Positions 17,700-28,035 are shown, counted from the stretch's first letter. The stretch is DNA of 64,000 bases from Candidatus Avispirillum sp. (GCA_045631345.1 JAZQUP010000013.1:68770-132769), one strand, 5' to 3'. Made by a program: numbers and translations. The notes: generated by a model not told the origin, from the letters alone.

Positions 17700-18170
17700 T
17701 TATCTGTAGTTATCCTTGAAATTGCGCTCAATTTCTCTGGATGCCTGGCGCTTTGCCTCAGACTCTCTCTTATCATAGAGCTTTTTGCCTCGGCAAACTC
17801 CTACCTCCATTTTTACCCTTGAGCCGCTGAAATAAAGAGAGAGAGGAACCAATGTGAAGCTATCTCTTGCAACAAGAGAGCCAAGTTTGATTATCTCCTT
17901 TTTATGCATCAGCAATTTTTTAGGGCGGAGAGGGTCACGATTGAAGATATTGCCCTTTTCATAGGGACTGATATGAACGCCATATGCGAACATTTCGCCA
18001 TCTTCAACCTTACAGAAAGAGTCCTTCAAATTGACTGTTCCTGCTCTGAGGCTTTTAACCTCTGTGCCGAAAAGCTCTATTCCCGCTTCATAAGTTTCAT
18101 CAACAAAATAGTCGTGGCGAGCCTTACGATTTACAGCGATCTGCTTGCCCTTCTGCTTTTTTTCAGCCAT
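17700..18170 (-). CDS. smpB: SsrA-binding protein
   Basis: The sequence is a typical SmpB ([22 protein letters not shown]-like LLMHKKEI). ATG 18170 follows SD AAGGAG; the ORF-track 18236 start is rejected. Confidence 0.9.
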   Translation of the reverse strand: MAEKKQKGKQIAVNRKARHDYFVDETYEAGIELFGTEVKSLRAGTVNLKDSFCKVEDGEMFAYGVHISPYEKGNIFNRDPLRPKKLLMHKKEIIKLGSLVARDSFTLVPLSLYFSGSRVKMEVGVCRGKKLYDKRESEAKRQASREIERNFKDNYR

Positions 18171-18462
18171 CTGAATTCTCCTTTCTAAATGATTGGAAAT
18201 TAGTATATCACACTTATTCAAAAAAATCAATAGCAATCATTTAACAAAATATGATTGGGTTTGACACACAATATCCTCACTCTGTCTGCTGTAAAGTTTA
18301 TTTGAAGAATTAACTTTTTATATCGTTTTGATATGATAGGCTCAACAAACAATAATTTCTGTTTTGCGCTAAAAATTTCGTCAATGATATTTGCTTGAAG
18401 CTCTTGCAATTGAAGCATTGTTATGGTTTAATATTAGCAGTTTTTTGATTAAAGGTGATTTT

Positions 18463-18975
18463 ATGATAGATATTGTTGCTCAGGCATTTGGTATTCTCGG
18501 CACCATAGCCGCATTCGTTTCCTTTCAGATAAAAGAAAATAAGAAGTTCTTTTTCCTTCAGGCATTCAGCGGCTGTATGTTCGCTCTCAACTTCCTCCTC
18601 CTCGGAGCTTACACAGGCTGCCTTCTTAACTTTATAAATATTTTCCGTGGCGCAGTTATGATGGGCGGAAAGAAAACAAGCAAGCCTTATTGGCTTTTTA
18701 TAACTCTCGGCTTATATACTGTTGCTACTATTTTTACATATACAAATATATTCTCCGTTATTGCCCTTGTGGCTCAGCTTGTGGGCACACTTGCAATGTG
18801 GAGCAGAAACGGAAAGACAATCAGAATGCTTCAGCTTTTCTGCGTTTCTCCCCTTTGGCTCGTTCATAACATTTTTGTTTTCTCCATTGGTGGTATTATT
18901 TGCGAAGTGTTCAACATCGGATCTATTATCGTTTCCCTTATTCGTTTTGGAAAATCAGGATTTGAAAAGGAATAA
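18463..18975 (+). CDS. YgjV-family inner membrane protein
   Basis: The roughly 170-aa polytopic protein begins MIDIVAQAFGILGTIAAFVSFQ, as YgjV-like proteins do. The start is set at ATG 18463. Confidence 0.6.
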   Translation: MIDIVAQAFGILGTIAAFVSFQIKENKKFFFLQAFSGCMFALNFLLLGAYTGCLLNFINIFRGAVMMGGKKTSKPYWLFITLGLYTVATIFTYTNIFSVIALVAQLVGTLAMWSRNGKTIRMLQLFCVSPLWLVHNIFVFSIGGIICEVFNIGSIIVSLIRFGKSGFEKE

Positions 18976-19008
18976 AGAAAAGCCTCACTTTAAAAGTGAG
19001 GCTTTTTA

Positions 19009-20364
19009 TTATATCTTCATAATACCAAGCACATCAAGAATAGATGAAACAAGGATAAGAATAATACATATGGGAGCAATATACTTGATCATCACGTTAA
19101 AAAGCTTTTCACTTTTGAATTTGCCATCAACTGCAATTTCATCGGAAAGTGCTTTAGGTTTGATTACAAATCCTATAAAGAAACAAGTGAGAATCGCCAC
19201 AACAGGCATCAACACGCTGTTGCTGATAAAGTCAAACATATCAAGAATTGAAAGACCTGCAACAGAAATGAAATCCCATGCGCCAAAGCCGAGAGATGAA
19301 GGAATTCCAAGAGCTACGCAACCGAGGAACACAACAATACAGGTTACTCTTCTCTCCCAACCAAACTTATCTCTGAAAATAGAAACAACTGTTTCCATAA
19401 GAGAAATGGATGATGTGAGCGCCGCAAAGAACACCATAAGGAAAAATACTGCGCCTATAATATTTCCACCGGGCATTGTGTCAAAAACCTTGGGCAGAGT
19501 GTCAAACATAAGAGTGGGACCTTTACCAAGTTTCTCTGTGTCTCCGTTATAGAACATATATGCAGCAGGAACAATCATAAGACCTGCAAGAAACGCTATA
19601 CCTGTATCAAAAATCTCAATGTTTCTTACAGAGGACTCAATGCTGACATCCTTTCTCATATATGAGCCATATGTGATCATAATACCCATAGCAAGTGACA
19701 TTGAATAGAAAAGCTGCCCCATTGCAGCGAGAACTGTTGTTGCTGAGAAATTGTTGAAATCAGGCTTGATATAGTATATAACACCAGCCATAGCCCCGGG
19801 CATAAACATAATATAAACAGCAATAAATATTGTAAGAACTACAAGAACAGGCATCATAACCTTGCTCACCTTTTCAACGCCCTTTTCAACGCCAAAGAGA
19901 ACAACAAGCGCTGTGAGCCCCATAAATACAAGGAACCATACAATAGGCTCATCCGCTTTTGTTATAAAGCTTCCAAAAAAACCATCATTGGCTGCATCTG
20001 ATGCTCCACCACTGATAAATACTGTGAAATACTTTGTTACCCAACCACCAATTACAGAATAGTAAGGCAGAATTATCATAGGAATGATTGAAATCATCCA
20101 ACCGAGAAATCCCCATTTTTTACTGAGGGCGCCAAATGCATCTATTGCGCTCTTTCCTGTTTTTCTACCAATGGCTATCTCACCACACATAAGCGCAAAG
20201 CCAAAAGTTATAGCTAAAACAAGATACACAAGGAGGAAAATTCCTCCGCCGTATTTAGCCGCAAGATAGGGGAAACGCCATATATTTCCAAGTCCAACAG
20301 CTGAACCTGCCGCTGCCAGAACAAAACCAATTTTGCCTGTGAAGCTGCTTCTTTTTTCTCCCAT
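19009..20364 (-). CDS. sodium-dependent transporter (neurotransmitter:sodium symporter/SNF family)
   Basis: The N-terminal signature GLGNIWRFPYLAAKYGGG is present with 11-12 TM helices. Confidence 0.85.
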   Translation of the reverse strand: MGEKRSSFTGKIGFVLAAAGSAVGLGNIWRFPYLAAKYGGGIFLLVYLVLAITFGFALMCGEIAIGRKTGKSAIDAFGALSKKWGFLGWMISIIPMIILPYYSVIGGWVTKYFTVFISGGASDAANDGFFGSFITKADEPIVWFLVFMGLTALVVLFGVEKGVEKVSKVMMPVLVVLTIFIAVYIMFMPGAMAGVIYYIKPDFNNFSATTVLAAMGQLFYSMSLAMGIMITYGSYMRKDVSIESSVRNIEIFDTGIAFLAGLMIVPAAYMFYNGDTEKLGKGPTLMFDTLPKVFDTMPGGNIIGAVFFLMVFFAALTSSISLMETVVSIFRDKFGWERRVTCIVVFLGCVALGIPSSLGFGAWDFISVAGLSILDMFDFISNSVLMPVVAILTCFFIGFVIKPKALSDEIAVDGKFKSEKLFNVMIKYIAPICIILILVSSILDVLGIMKI

Positions 20365-20518
20365 TTACTTTTTCTCTCCTTTTTTGCAAAAATCTTTACA
20401 ATTATATCATAACTAACACACTAATTCAATAGTTTTATCAAATTAAAATAATAAAGTGAAATGATAAGTTCTTATCTATTTTAAACGAATAAAAAGGGAG
20501 ATTTCTCTCCCTTTCAAT

Positions 20519-21928
20519 TTAATTATAGCCGAGTACAAACCCTGCAAGAAGCAAAAGACTTGTCAAAACAAGATTTGCAAGCTGGAATTTCCATGTGTAG
20601 CGAACCCATTTGCTATAGCTGACATCGGACAGACCAAGCGAAATAAGAAGCGCCGCATTTGTGGGATAGAAAACATTGGAAAAACCATCGCCGAATGCAA
20701 ATGCCATAACGCAAAGCTGAGGTTCAATGCCAAACATCTGTGCCATGGGAACTATAAGCGGAATAAGAAGAAATGCTTTTGCGCTGCCTGAGCTGATAAA
20801 GAAATTAAGCACCAGAACAATCAGATATATGCAGAGAATGATCATCCACTTAGGAAGCGTGTCCACTGCGTCAACTGCAAGATGCAAAAGTGTGTCAAGT
20901 ATCTTACCCTCTGTGAGCGTATACTTAATGGAGCTTGCCATAAGTATAAGCAAAACCGCAGGAGCAATGCTAAGCATACCTTGGCCAAAGCTACCGGCAA
21001 GCTGAGATGTCTTCATTCCTGAAACAAGAGTTGCCACAACACCTGCTACAAGGAACATAACAGCAACAATTATCATTGTATAGTCCTGCAGCGCTGTTAT
21101 AAATCCGGAAGACAACACAAGTACAATACCAAACCCAAGAATTGAAGCAAAACAAACCAGTCCACGATCCATTTTGGAATCAGCTTTAAAGCTATTCATT
21201 TCAACTACTTTGCCATCTGCAAACCTATCAACCTTTTTGGCATGATAAAGAACGAACCCTATCAAAAGCGCATATATGAAAACAAAAGCAACAGCACGAA
21301 GCCATATTCCCGAAAACATGGGCAGACCTGCAAGTCCCTGAGCAACACCAACTGTGAAGGGATTGCATACACCTGATGCAAATCCGCAACCAACTGCAAG
21401 AAGGCTCATTCCCATACCTGTGAGGCTATCCCATCCGAGACTGACGGAAAGAACAACAACTATAGGCACAAGAGGAACACATTCTTCAAAAGAACCGATA
21501 AAAGCGCCCATTGCCATAAAGAAAAATGTTATAACAGCCAGGAGCTTATATCTTGCGCCGCCAAAGCGATTAACGATCTTATCAAGCATATAATTCATAA
21601 GACCGCAACGCTCAAGGCTATTGAAAACTCCTCCGATCACAAGAAGGAAAGCAAGTATTGCAATTATCATTCCACCGCCGTCGGCGCCAAGAACGAGAAT
21701 GGGAGAAAGCAGCCATTTGCTAAAGGAAATACCTCCCTCTACATATGTAAAGCCACCTTCAGCATCAATCACTACATTTCCGTTTTCATCAGTTATTCTG
21801 GCATATTCTCCGCCGGGAATAACCATTGTCATTATATAGGTCAAAATCATCAGAACAAGAACCACCACTATCGCACCGATAAACGTGGTTACGCTGACAT
21901 TAAGACCGCCTTTTTTCTTTTCTGTCAT
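20519..21928 (-). CDS. YfcC/DcuC-like anaerobic carrier family transporter
   Basis: The polytopic protein of about 470 aa has a YfcC-like N-terminus and loop. ATG 21928 follows SD AGGTGAG. Confidence 0.7.
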   Translation of the reverse strand: MTEKKKGGLNVSVTTFIGAIVVVLVLMILTYIMTMVIPGGEYARITDENGNVVIDAEGGFTYVEGGISFSKWLLSPILVLGADGGGMIIAILAFLLVIGGVFNSLERCGLMNYMLDKIVNRFGGARYKLLAVITFFFMAMGAFIGSFEECVPLVPIVVVLSVSLGWDSLTGMGMSLLAVGCGFASGVCNPFTVGVAQGLAGLPMFSGIWLRAVAFVFIYALLIGFVLYHAKKVDRFADGKVVEMNSFKADSKMDRGLVCFASILGFGIVLVLSSGFITALQDYTMIIVAVMFLVAGVVATLVSGMKTSQLAGSFGQGMLSIAPAVLLILMASSIKYTLTEGKILDTLLHLAVDAVDTLPKWMIILCIYLIVLVLNFFISSGSAKAFLLIPLIVPMAQMFGIEPQLCVMAFAFGDGFSNVFYPTNAALLISLGLSDVSYSKWVRYTWKFQLANLVLTSLLLLAGFVLGYN

Positions 21929-22129
21929 TATCTCACCTGATTTTACAAAACTTCCTATTATTATACTCATTTATAACTATATTGTCAATAATTGGCACGA
22001 ATAAACATATATTAATAAGGATGATTATATATGCAACCCTCAGTTGCTAAATTTCCAAGGATGATTGGTAGAAAAATCACAAGGAAAGTATTATAATGTA
22101 CTCAGAAATCCAAAGAGGAGGTTCTGCGT

Positions 22130-22921
22130 ATGAGCATAGGAACTAAAATATTTGAATTAAGAACAGCAAAGAACCTGAGTCAAGAAGATTTGGCAGATAT
22201 TCTTAATGTATCCCGTCAATCAGTTTCCAAATGGGAAACCGATACATCCATACCTGATTTAGACAAGCTGATAAAGCTATGTGATCTGTTTGATGTTACT
22301 CTTGATGAATTAACTTGTAGAGAACCTAAAGAAAAAACGCACCAGCCTTCAGCTTTAGATACAGCCGAAAAAGATCATCAAATTACACAACAAAAAATTA
22401 TTGGTTATATTCTTTTAGGCGTTTCTCTTCTCGCCAGCATATTAGTATGGCTATTTGCCGAAGGTCCGGAAGATTTGGACCTTCCTATACCTATTATTGC
22501 AACTGCTTTAGCCTGCAGCCTTATTTGCTTGTTTGTAAAGCACAAAGCAGGTTACTGGTGTGCCTGGGCTATATCAGCTCCGCTCGTTGTGCTTTCCCCC
22601 CATTTTATCGGATTCCCTATTTTCACCTCAGAAATTCTATTGTCTGTTATTCTCTCACTTATCATGACATTAATAGCAAATAAGTTATTCACACACTCAA
22701 TAGTGACTACAAGCAATAAAAAGACCAAATATATTATTTTAGGTTGGGGTTCGCTGATCATCTTCCGCATAGTTGTTTACGTAATTGTCCTGCACACCAT
22801 AATAGCTTCTGCTATAGCTATGCTCCCTTTTATTACACTGAGCCTTATTGCGTATGTGTACACGTCCTTGCTTCTGACATATACCGTTTGCTATATTAAA
22901 AGCTTAAAAAGGCATAAATAA
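22130..22921 (+). CDS. membrane-anchored XRE-family HTH protein
   Basis: An N-terminal HTH_3 (LSQEDLADILNVSRQSVSKWE) is followed by about 5 TM helices. Confidence 0.75.
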   Translation: MSIGTKIFELRTAKNLSQEDLADILNVSRQSVSKWETDTSIPDLDKLIKLCDLFDVTLDELTCREPKEKTHQPSALDTAEKDHQITQQKIIGYILLGVSLLASILVWLFAEGPEDLDLPIPIIATALACSLICLFVKHKAGYWCAWAISAPLVVLSPHFIGFPIFTSEILLSVILSLIMTLIANKLFTHSIVTTSNKKTKYIILGWGSLIIFRIVVYVIVLHTIIASAIAMLPFITLSLIAYVYTSLLLTYTVCYIKSLKRHK

Positions 22922-22941
22922 AAAGAGCCATAAGGCTCTTT

Positions 22942-24135
22942 TTATTTTTCTCTGTTTAATCTGAAAGCAACGCTTCTTCTGAGATATTCAAGATACTCAT
23001 TATCAGAGCACATGGACTTCTCGGGATTGTCGGAAAGCTTTGCAACGGGACGGCCGTTTACGTACTGAAGCTTAATAACAATGTTAAGCGGCGTTTCGCA
23101 AGTGTCGTTAGAACAGAATGTACCTATACCGAATGCAACCTTTGCTTTATCGTTGAAATAATCATAAAGACTCTGTGCACGATCAAAATCAAGGCTGTCA
23201 CTAAAGAGTAACTGCTTATGCTTGGGATCAATTCTGTACTTCTTATAATGCTCGATCATCTTATCTCCCCATACATAGGGGTCTCCGCTGTCGTGGCGAA
23301 CACCTGAATAGTTGTTTGCCATTGCGCGATTGAAGTCAAGCAGGAACAGATCTGTTGTGATAGTGTCTGTAAGCGCTGTACCGTTGTCACCTTTATACTC
23401 ATCATACCAATCGTTCATTGCATACTGGTTTGTATAAGCAAGGGGAACCCAGTCTATACCCTGATACATCTGAACGAATTCGTGCGCAAATGTACCGATG
23501 GGCAGGATGTCATATTTCTTTGCGAAATAAACGTTGGACGTACCAACGCAATTATCAGTTTCTTTAACAAGGCGCTTGATGACAATATCCTCCCACTCAC
23601 GAGAAAGACGTCTTCTACAGCCAAATTCAGCAAACTTGAATGTATATGTGCCATCCTGAAAGCCTTTGATCTTGGCATCAAGACGCTCATCGGCAGACTT
23701 ACGCAAAATATCGTGATCATATCTCATTCTGAAATACACTTCGTTTACGATTTCAAGAAGGTATATCTCAAACTGCATAGCAGAAAAGAGGGGCCCCTTA
23801 ATTATGATGGAAAGCTTGCCATCCCAGCTCAGAGATGTTGTTACATAATCTCTGAGAGGACGCCACAAACGAAGAAATTCAACATAGTCGTCCTTAATAA
23901 ATCTAATGGAGCGAAGATAGTCCAACTCATCAGGCTTGAATTTAAGTCCGCAAAGATAATCTATCTGAGCATTTATCTCTCGGAACATTTCTTCGGTAAA
24001 CACAACATCTGCGTTGCGGCACTTGAAATGATATTCTCCACAAAGATCTGTGTGCTTATGGAAAATAACCTGATTCATATTGAACTTATACAGGTCTGTA
24101 TCAAGCAAAGATATGATAATAGGATCTAATTTCAT
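22942..24135 (-). CDS. pncB: nicotinate phosphoribosyltransferase
   Basis: The N-terminus contains SLLDTDLYKFNM, and length and motifs fit PncB. The start is set at the second ATG (24135), which has proper SD spacing. Confidence 0.85.
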   Translation of the reverse strand: MKLDPIIISLLDTDLYKFNMNQVIFHKHTDLCGEYHFKCRNADVVFTEEMFREINAQIDYLCGLKFKPDELDYLRSIRFIKDDYVEFLRLWRPLRDYVTTSLSWDGKLSIIIKGPLFSAMQFEIYLLEIVNEVYFRMRYDHDILRKSADERLDAKIKGFQDGTYTFKFAEFGCRRRLSREWEDIVIKRLVKETDNCVGTSNVYFAKKYDILPIGTFAHEFVQMYQGIDWVPLAYTNQYAMNDWYDEYKGDNGTALTDTITTDLFLLDFNRAMANNYSGVRHDSGDPYVWGDKMIEHYKKYRIDPKHKQLLFSDSLDFDRAQSLYDYFNDKAKVAFGIGTFCSNDTCETPLNIVIKLQYVNGRPVAKLSDNPEKSMCSDNEYLEYLRRSVAFRLNREK

Positions 24136-24358
24136 TTCTGACATCCTTTCTGTTTAAGCAAACTTCTACATAATATGTACAGTTAATGAAATTATATCAA
24201 AATTATAATCACATTACAAGGATAAATTTGCATAAAAAGTTACAAAAACCCAATGGCTATAGGGGAAAATCACACATTTTTGTGTTAATCATATGATTTA
24301 AACGAAAACACCCCCGACTGAAAATCAGCCAGAGGTATTTATAATGATCACATATATA

Positions 24359-25420
24359 TCAAAGCTCAAGCTTCAAGTCGCCTTCCTTGATAAAGTTAAG
24401 CTTTCTCATAATCTCGCTAAAGATGAGAGTGAGCACAGCAGGAAGAACAATACAAACAAGTAAAAGTCCTATCCAGAACATAGCATTCTTATCATCAGTT
24501 GCTGTGATTGCACCGAGAGGACCAACAAGTCCGCAGGTTCCCATTCCCGCAGAAACACCCTCACACTCAAGGCGGAAAACTACTGTTGCAATAGGACCAG
24601 TGATAACAGATGCCAAAATGGGAGGAATCCAAACAACAGGCTTTTTCATTATATTACCCATCTGAAGCATTGAGGTTCCAAGGCCCTGCGCAAGAAGCCC
24701 ACCAAAGCGATTTTCACGGAAACTCATAACAGCAAATCCCACCATCTGAGCACAGCATCCTGCCATAGCAGCGCCGCCTGCGATTCCTGCAATACCTATC
24801 ATAGAGCAGATAGCAGCAGAGGATATAGGTAATGTGAGAATAATACCAACAACTGCTGAAACTATCATACCCATAAAAACAGGACGGAGCTCTGTTGCAG
24901 TGTTGATAAACTGACCCAAATAATACATAATATAGGCAACGCCCGGGCAAACAAGCTTTGCGAAAGCAAATCCTGAAACAATAGTTACAGCAGGCGTTAA
25001 AATTATATCAACCTTAGTGCTTCCCGCCTCAAGCTTTCCAATCTCACAAGCAAAAACCACAGCAAGAAAAGCGCCTGCAGGTCCTGCAGTTACGGGAGAA
25101 GCCACAGTTGCAACTGTTGTTCCTATCATATATCCCATTGCACCAACAACAGAACAGGAATAAAGCACAAGATTTGTAGCCTTCAAAGCGCTGGCAACAG
25201 CAATACCGATAGCTGCGCCACAAACATAGCCATTCATAGCAAAGCTGGCAAGTTCTGTGAGAAACTGCATTCCCAACCACTCACCGACAGTTTTAAAAAT
25301 AGTTCCTATCAGAAGCGACGCAAATAGTCCTTGCGCCATTGCGCCCATAGCGCCTACAAAATAATTCTTTGGAGATAAACTAATATTTTTCTTTTCTAAA
25401 AAAGCTTTAACCTTGCTCAT
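24359..25420 (-). CDS. PTS EIIC-like permease (PTS_EIIC_2-type), no EIIA/EIIB nearby
   Basis: The Gly/Ala-rich polytopic protein of about 350 aa resembles orphan EIIC-family permeases. ATG 25420 is used as the start. Confidence 0.55.
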   Translation of the reverse strand: MSKVKAFLEKKNISLSPKNYFVGAMGAMAQGLFASLLIGTIFKTVGEWLGMQFLTELASFAMNGYVCGAAIGIAVASALKATNLVLYSCSVVGAMGYMIGTTVATVASPVTAGPAGAFLAVVFACEIGKLEAGSTKVDIILTPAVTIVSGFAFAKLVCPGVAYIMYYLGQFINTATELRPVFMGMIVSAVVGIILTLPISSAAICSMIGIAGIAGGAAMAGCCAQMVGFAVMSFRENRFGGLLAQGLGTSMLQMGNIMKKPVVWIPPILASVITGPIATVVFRLECEGVSAGMGTCGLVGPLGAITATDDKNAMFWIGLLLVCIVLPAVLTLIFSEIMRKLNFIKEGDLKLEL

Positions 25421-25596
25421 AAATAGTCCCTTTCTTAAAACCACTTAAATTAAACATCAGTATAACACAGACATAATTTATATAGCCTTATGATAATTGA
25501 ACATATTATAAAACACAAATTTTGTTTTTTCAAGGGGGAGAGACTAAAATGTTTATTTAGTATTTGATTTATAGGATGCATTATATCTATATTCAC

Positions 25597-25630
25597 GAAA
25601 ACTCCCCCAACTGAAGTTGGGGGAGTTTTT
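25597..25630 (-). terminator. rho-independent terminator
   Basis: The hairpin ACTCCCCCAAC-TGAA-GTTGGGGGAGT is flanked by A-runs and T-runs. Confidence 0.8.
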
Positions 25631-26750
25631 AATCCAATGCTAACAATCTTTCTTCACATTTTTGAAAGCGAGGATCTGTAGCTATTATATTGTCAGACGA
25701 ATTGAAACACCAATTATAGCATCTATGCAAACGCTCTGTTATATTGGATCTAAGAGCCTTTGCCGAGTCCGTATCACCATTTTCTATATACTGATTATAG
25801 TGTTCTACAAGTGTGTCGGTGAGTTCTTCAACGATATCAAGCGCAGTATCAAATTCAGAAATAGCTATATATTCATTGGCGAGATAGTTTAATGCTGCGT
25901 GCCACCAATGTTCAGAATGTATATTTACATCCGCAAACCTTTTATAATTATATTTTGCACTTTCCAAAAGATCGCGCCATGCCAGAATCGCTTCTTGTTT
26001 TCTCTCATTACCGAATATAGATATTCTTCTTGCTCTTACCCATAATGCCCATAAGTAATTATTCACAGCATCACAACACATTTTCTTTGAGATCTCAAGG
26101 CATTTATCCTGATCTCCTTTTATGGAATATATCTCTATCTCTGCCATAGACTTAATATTTCCAACTTCAGGTAAACCTTCTGCTATCTCTTCTGCTCTAA
26201 CAAAGTCTTTTCTGTGCATATACAATTTAACAAGCAATCCTTTAGCATCGAGAACTCTCGTTGTATCTCTGTCATAATTTATCAAGGTAGTTAATAGACT
26301 CACAGCCTCGTTATACAGTGAGTCCTCCAAAGAAAAAGAATATCTCCTTGCATCATAAAGAAAACCATATATACAATTTGCACATCTGTATTTAGCTTCA
26401 TAGTCAAGAGGATATTTCTTTATATACTCTCGGTAAAGCTTATAACAAATATAGTCGGGATTGTTTTCCTGATCATCATAACTATATTCATCGTTATCAT
26501 AAATAGCTTCAATCTCTTTGTACAGTTTTTCCCTATCTGTTTTCTCATCACCACCCACTCCTAAAAGACAGTCTGTTGTGACGCCGAGAACCGCCGCCAA
26601 AGGTACTATCTGAGATATATCCGGCATTGTGTTATCACATTCCCATTTTGATACCGCTTGCACCGAAACCATAAGCTTCTCTGCAAGCTCTGCCTGAGTT
26701 ATCTGCGATTCTTTTCTTAATAGTTTTAATCTTCTGCCAAAACTTAACAT
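25629..26750 (-). CDS. XRE-family HTH regulator with long helical-repeat (TPR-like) C-terminal domain
   Basis: An N-terminal HTH (ITQAELAEKLMVSVQAVSKWE) is followed by about 300 aa of helical repeats, giving an RNPP-like architecture. The second ATG (26750) has the better SD. Confidence 0.75.
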   Translation of the reverse strand: MLSFGRRLKLLRKESQITQAELAEKLMVSVQAVSKWECDNTMPDISQIVPLAAVLGVTTDCLLGVGGDEKTDREKLYKEIEAIYDNDEYSYDDQENNPDYICYKLYREYIKKYPLDYEAKYRCANCIYGFLYDARRYSFSLEDSLYNEAVSLLTTLINYDRDTTRVLDAKGLLVKLYMHRKDFVRAEEIAEGLPEVGNIKSMAEIEIYSIKGDQDKCLEISKKMCCDAVNNYLWALWVRARRISIFGNERKQEAILAWRDLLESAKYNYKRFADVNIHSEHWWHAALNYLANEYIAISEFDTALDIVEELTDTLVEHYNQYIENGDTDSAKALRSNITERLHRCYNWCFNSSDNIIATDPRFQKCEERLLALD

Positions 26751-26902
26751 TTCAAATTTCCTTTCCATATTAAATCGACGCGCATCTTTCTGTATTTAAT
26801 ATAACATTTAGTTTGGATTATGTAAATATAACGGCAGGAGAATAATATCCGTAACTGTGGTTGATTTTTTAGTTTTTAAAGATAAAATTCCACGATCCGC
26901 GC

Positions 26903-26920
26903 AAAGAACAATTGTTCTTT
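26903..26920. promoter_or_regulatory. perfect 18-bp palindrome, candidate operator
   Basis: AAAGAACAATTGTTCTTT lies 5 bp upstream of the -35 box of the radical SAM gene. Confidence 0.5.
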
Positions 26921-26925
26921 TTATC

Positions 26926-26954
26926 TTGACATACCTATTTGAAGCTTCTATAAT
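26926..26954 (+). promoter_or_regulatory. sigma-A type promoter
   Basis: TTGACA, a 17-nt spacer and TATAAT are present. The promoter lies inside the ORF-track N-terminal extension, which argues for the 26977 start. Confidence 0.7.
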
Positions 26955-26976
26955 GAAGAGGAAAGGAGCTGATAAT

Positions 26977-27843
26977 ATGCACTTTGTTCAAGCCAAAGGC
27001 ATCCTGTCCGCTAACAACGGCATGAATATTTACCGCGGCTGTACTCACGGCTGTATTTACTGTGACAGCCGCTCAGATTGCTACCAGATGAACCACGATT
27101 TCGAAGACATAGAAGTGAAAGAAAATGCCGCTCAGCTTCTTGAAGTTACGCTGCGAAGTATAAGAAACAAATGCATGATAGGCACAGGCGCTATGTGTGA
27201 CCCTTATATGCATTGCGAAAAAAATCTGGAATTAATGCGAAAATGCCTTATAATTATCGACAAATACGAATTTGGTGTTACCCTACAAACGAAATCCGAT
27301 CTTGTTTTGCGAGATTTGGATGTTTTAAAAAGAATTAACGAGCACTCGAAATGCGTTGTTCAGATGACACTGACAACTTACGATGAAGATTTATGCCGTA
27401 TAATTGAACCAAACGTATGCACCACAAAAAGAAGATATGAAGTTCTGAAAAGACTTAATGAGGAAAATATTCCTACAGTAGTCTGGTTTACACCTATGTT
27501 ACCGTACATAAACGACACGGAAGAAAATGTTCGCGGAATACTCGATTATTGTTTTGATGCCAACGTTAAAGGCATACTTACATTTGGCGGTGGCGGAATG
27601 ACACTTCGCTCAGGTGACAGAGAATATTATTATAAAGCTCTCGATCGCTATTTCCCCGGATTAAAGGAAAGATATATAAGAGAATACGGACTCAACTATG
27701 AGATCCCATCTCAAAACGGTAAATATCTTTTAAATATCATAAAAAAAGAATGCATAAAGCATAAGGTTATGTACGATCAAAATGAGATTTTTGCCTATAT
27801 GTCTCATCTGCCGAAAAAGTTTGAACAGCTAAGTATATTTTGA
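26977..27843 (+). CDS. radical SAM protein, SPL/SplB-like (COG1533)
   Basis: The CTHGCIYC (CxxxCxxC) cluster sits near the N-terminus. SD GAAAGGAG lies 8 nt upstream of ATG 26977. Confidence 0.75.
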   Translation: MHFVQAKGILSANNGMNIYRGCTHGCIYCDSRSDCYQMNHDFEDIEVKENAAQLLEVTLRSIRNKCMIGTGAMCDPYMHCEKNLELMRKCLIIIDKYEFGVTLQTKSDLVLRDLDVLKRINEHSKCVVQMTLTTYDEDLCRIIEPNVCTTKRRYEVLKRLNEENIPTVVWFTPMLPYINDTEENVRGILDYCFDANVKGILTFGGGGMTLRSGDREYYYKALDRYFPGLKERYIREYGLNYEIPSQNGKYLLNIIKKECIKHKVMYDQNEIFAYMSHLPKKFEQLSIF

Positions 27844-27892
27844 ATACAACCGTGGCTCGTGATTCCGTAAGTTCGCCACTAAAGCCACCGCC

Positions 27893-27927
27893 AAAAAGAA
27901 AAGGGACGCATAGCGTCCCTTTTCTTT
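27893..27927 (-). terminator. rho-independent terminator of tRNA-Leu
   Basis: The hairpin AAGGGACGC-ATA-GCGTCCCTT is followed by a T-run on the minus strand. Confidence 0.75.
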
Positions 27928-28014
27928 TGGTGCCGGTGGCGGGGGTCGAACCCGCACGGTATCGCTACCAACGGATTTTGAGTCCGCCTCGTCTGCCAAT
28001 TCCAACACACCGGC
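27928..28014 (-). tRNA. tRNA-Leu (anticodon CAA), CCA encoded
   Basis: The minus strand reads GCCGGTG...CTCAAAA...long variable arm...GCGGGTTCGACCCCCGC CACCGGC A CCA, and the cloverleaf folds by eye. Confidence 0.9.
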
Positions 28015-28035
28015 TTTTCGTCTTGCGACTTAGAT

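Noticed and set aside
17132-17822. ORFs of 67, 70 and 77 aa over the ssrA region.
   Set aside because: They overlap the tmRNA gene and its flanks. The RNA gene explains the sequence.
26857-26976. A GTG-initiated 40-codon N-terminal extension of the radical SAM gene.
   Set aside because: A consensus promoter (26926-26954) lies inside the extension, and a strong SD precedes ATG 26977. The extension is therefore not translated.
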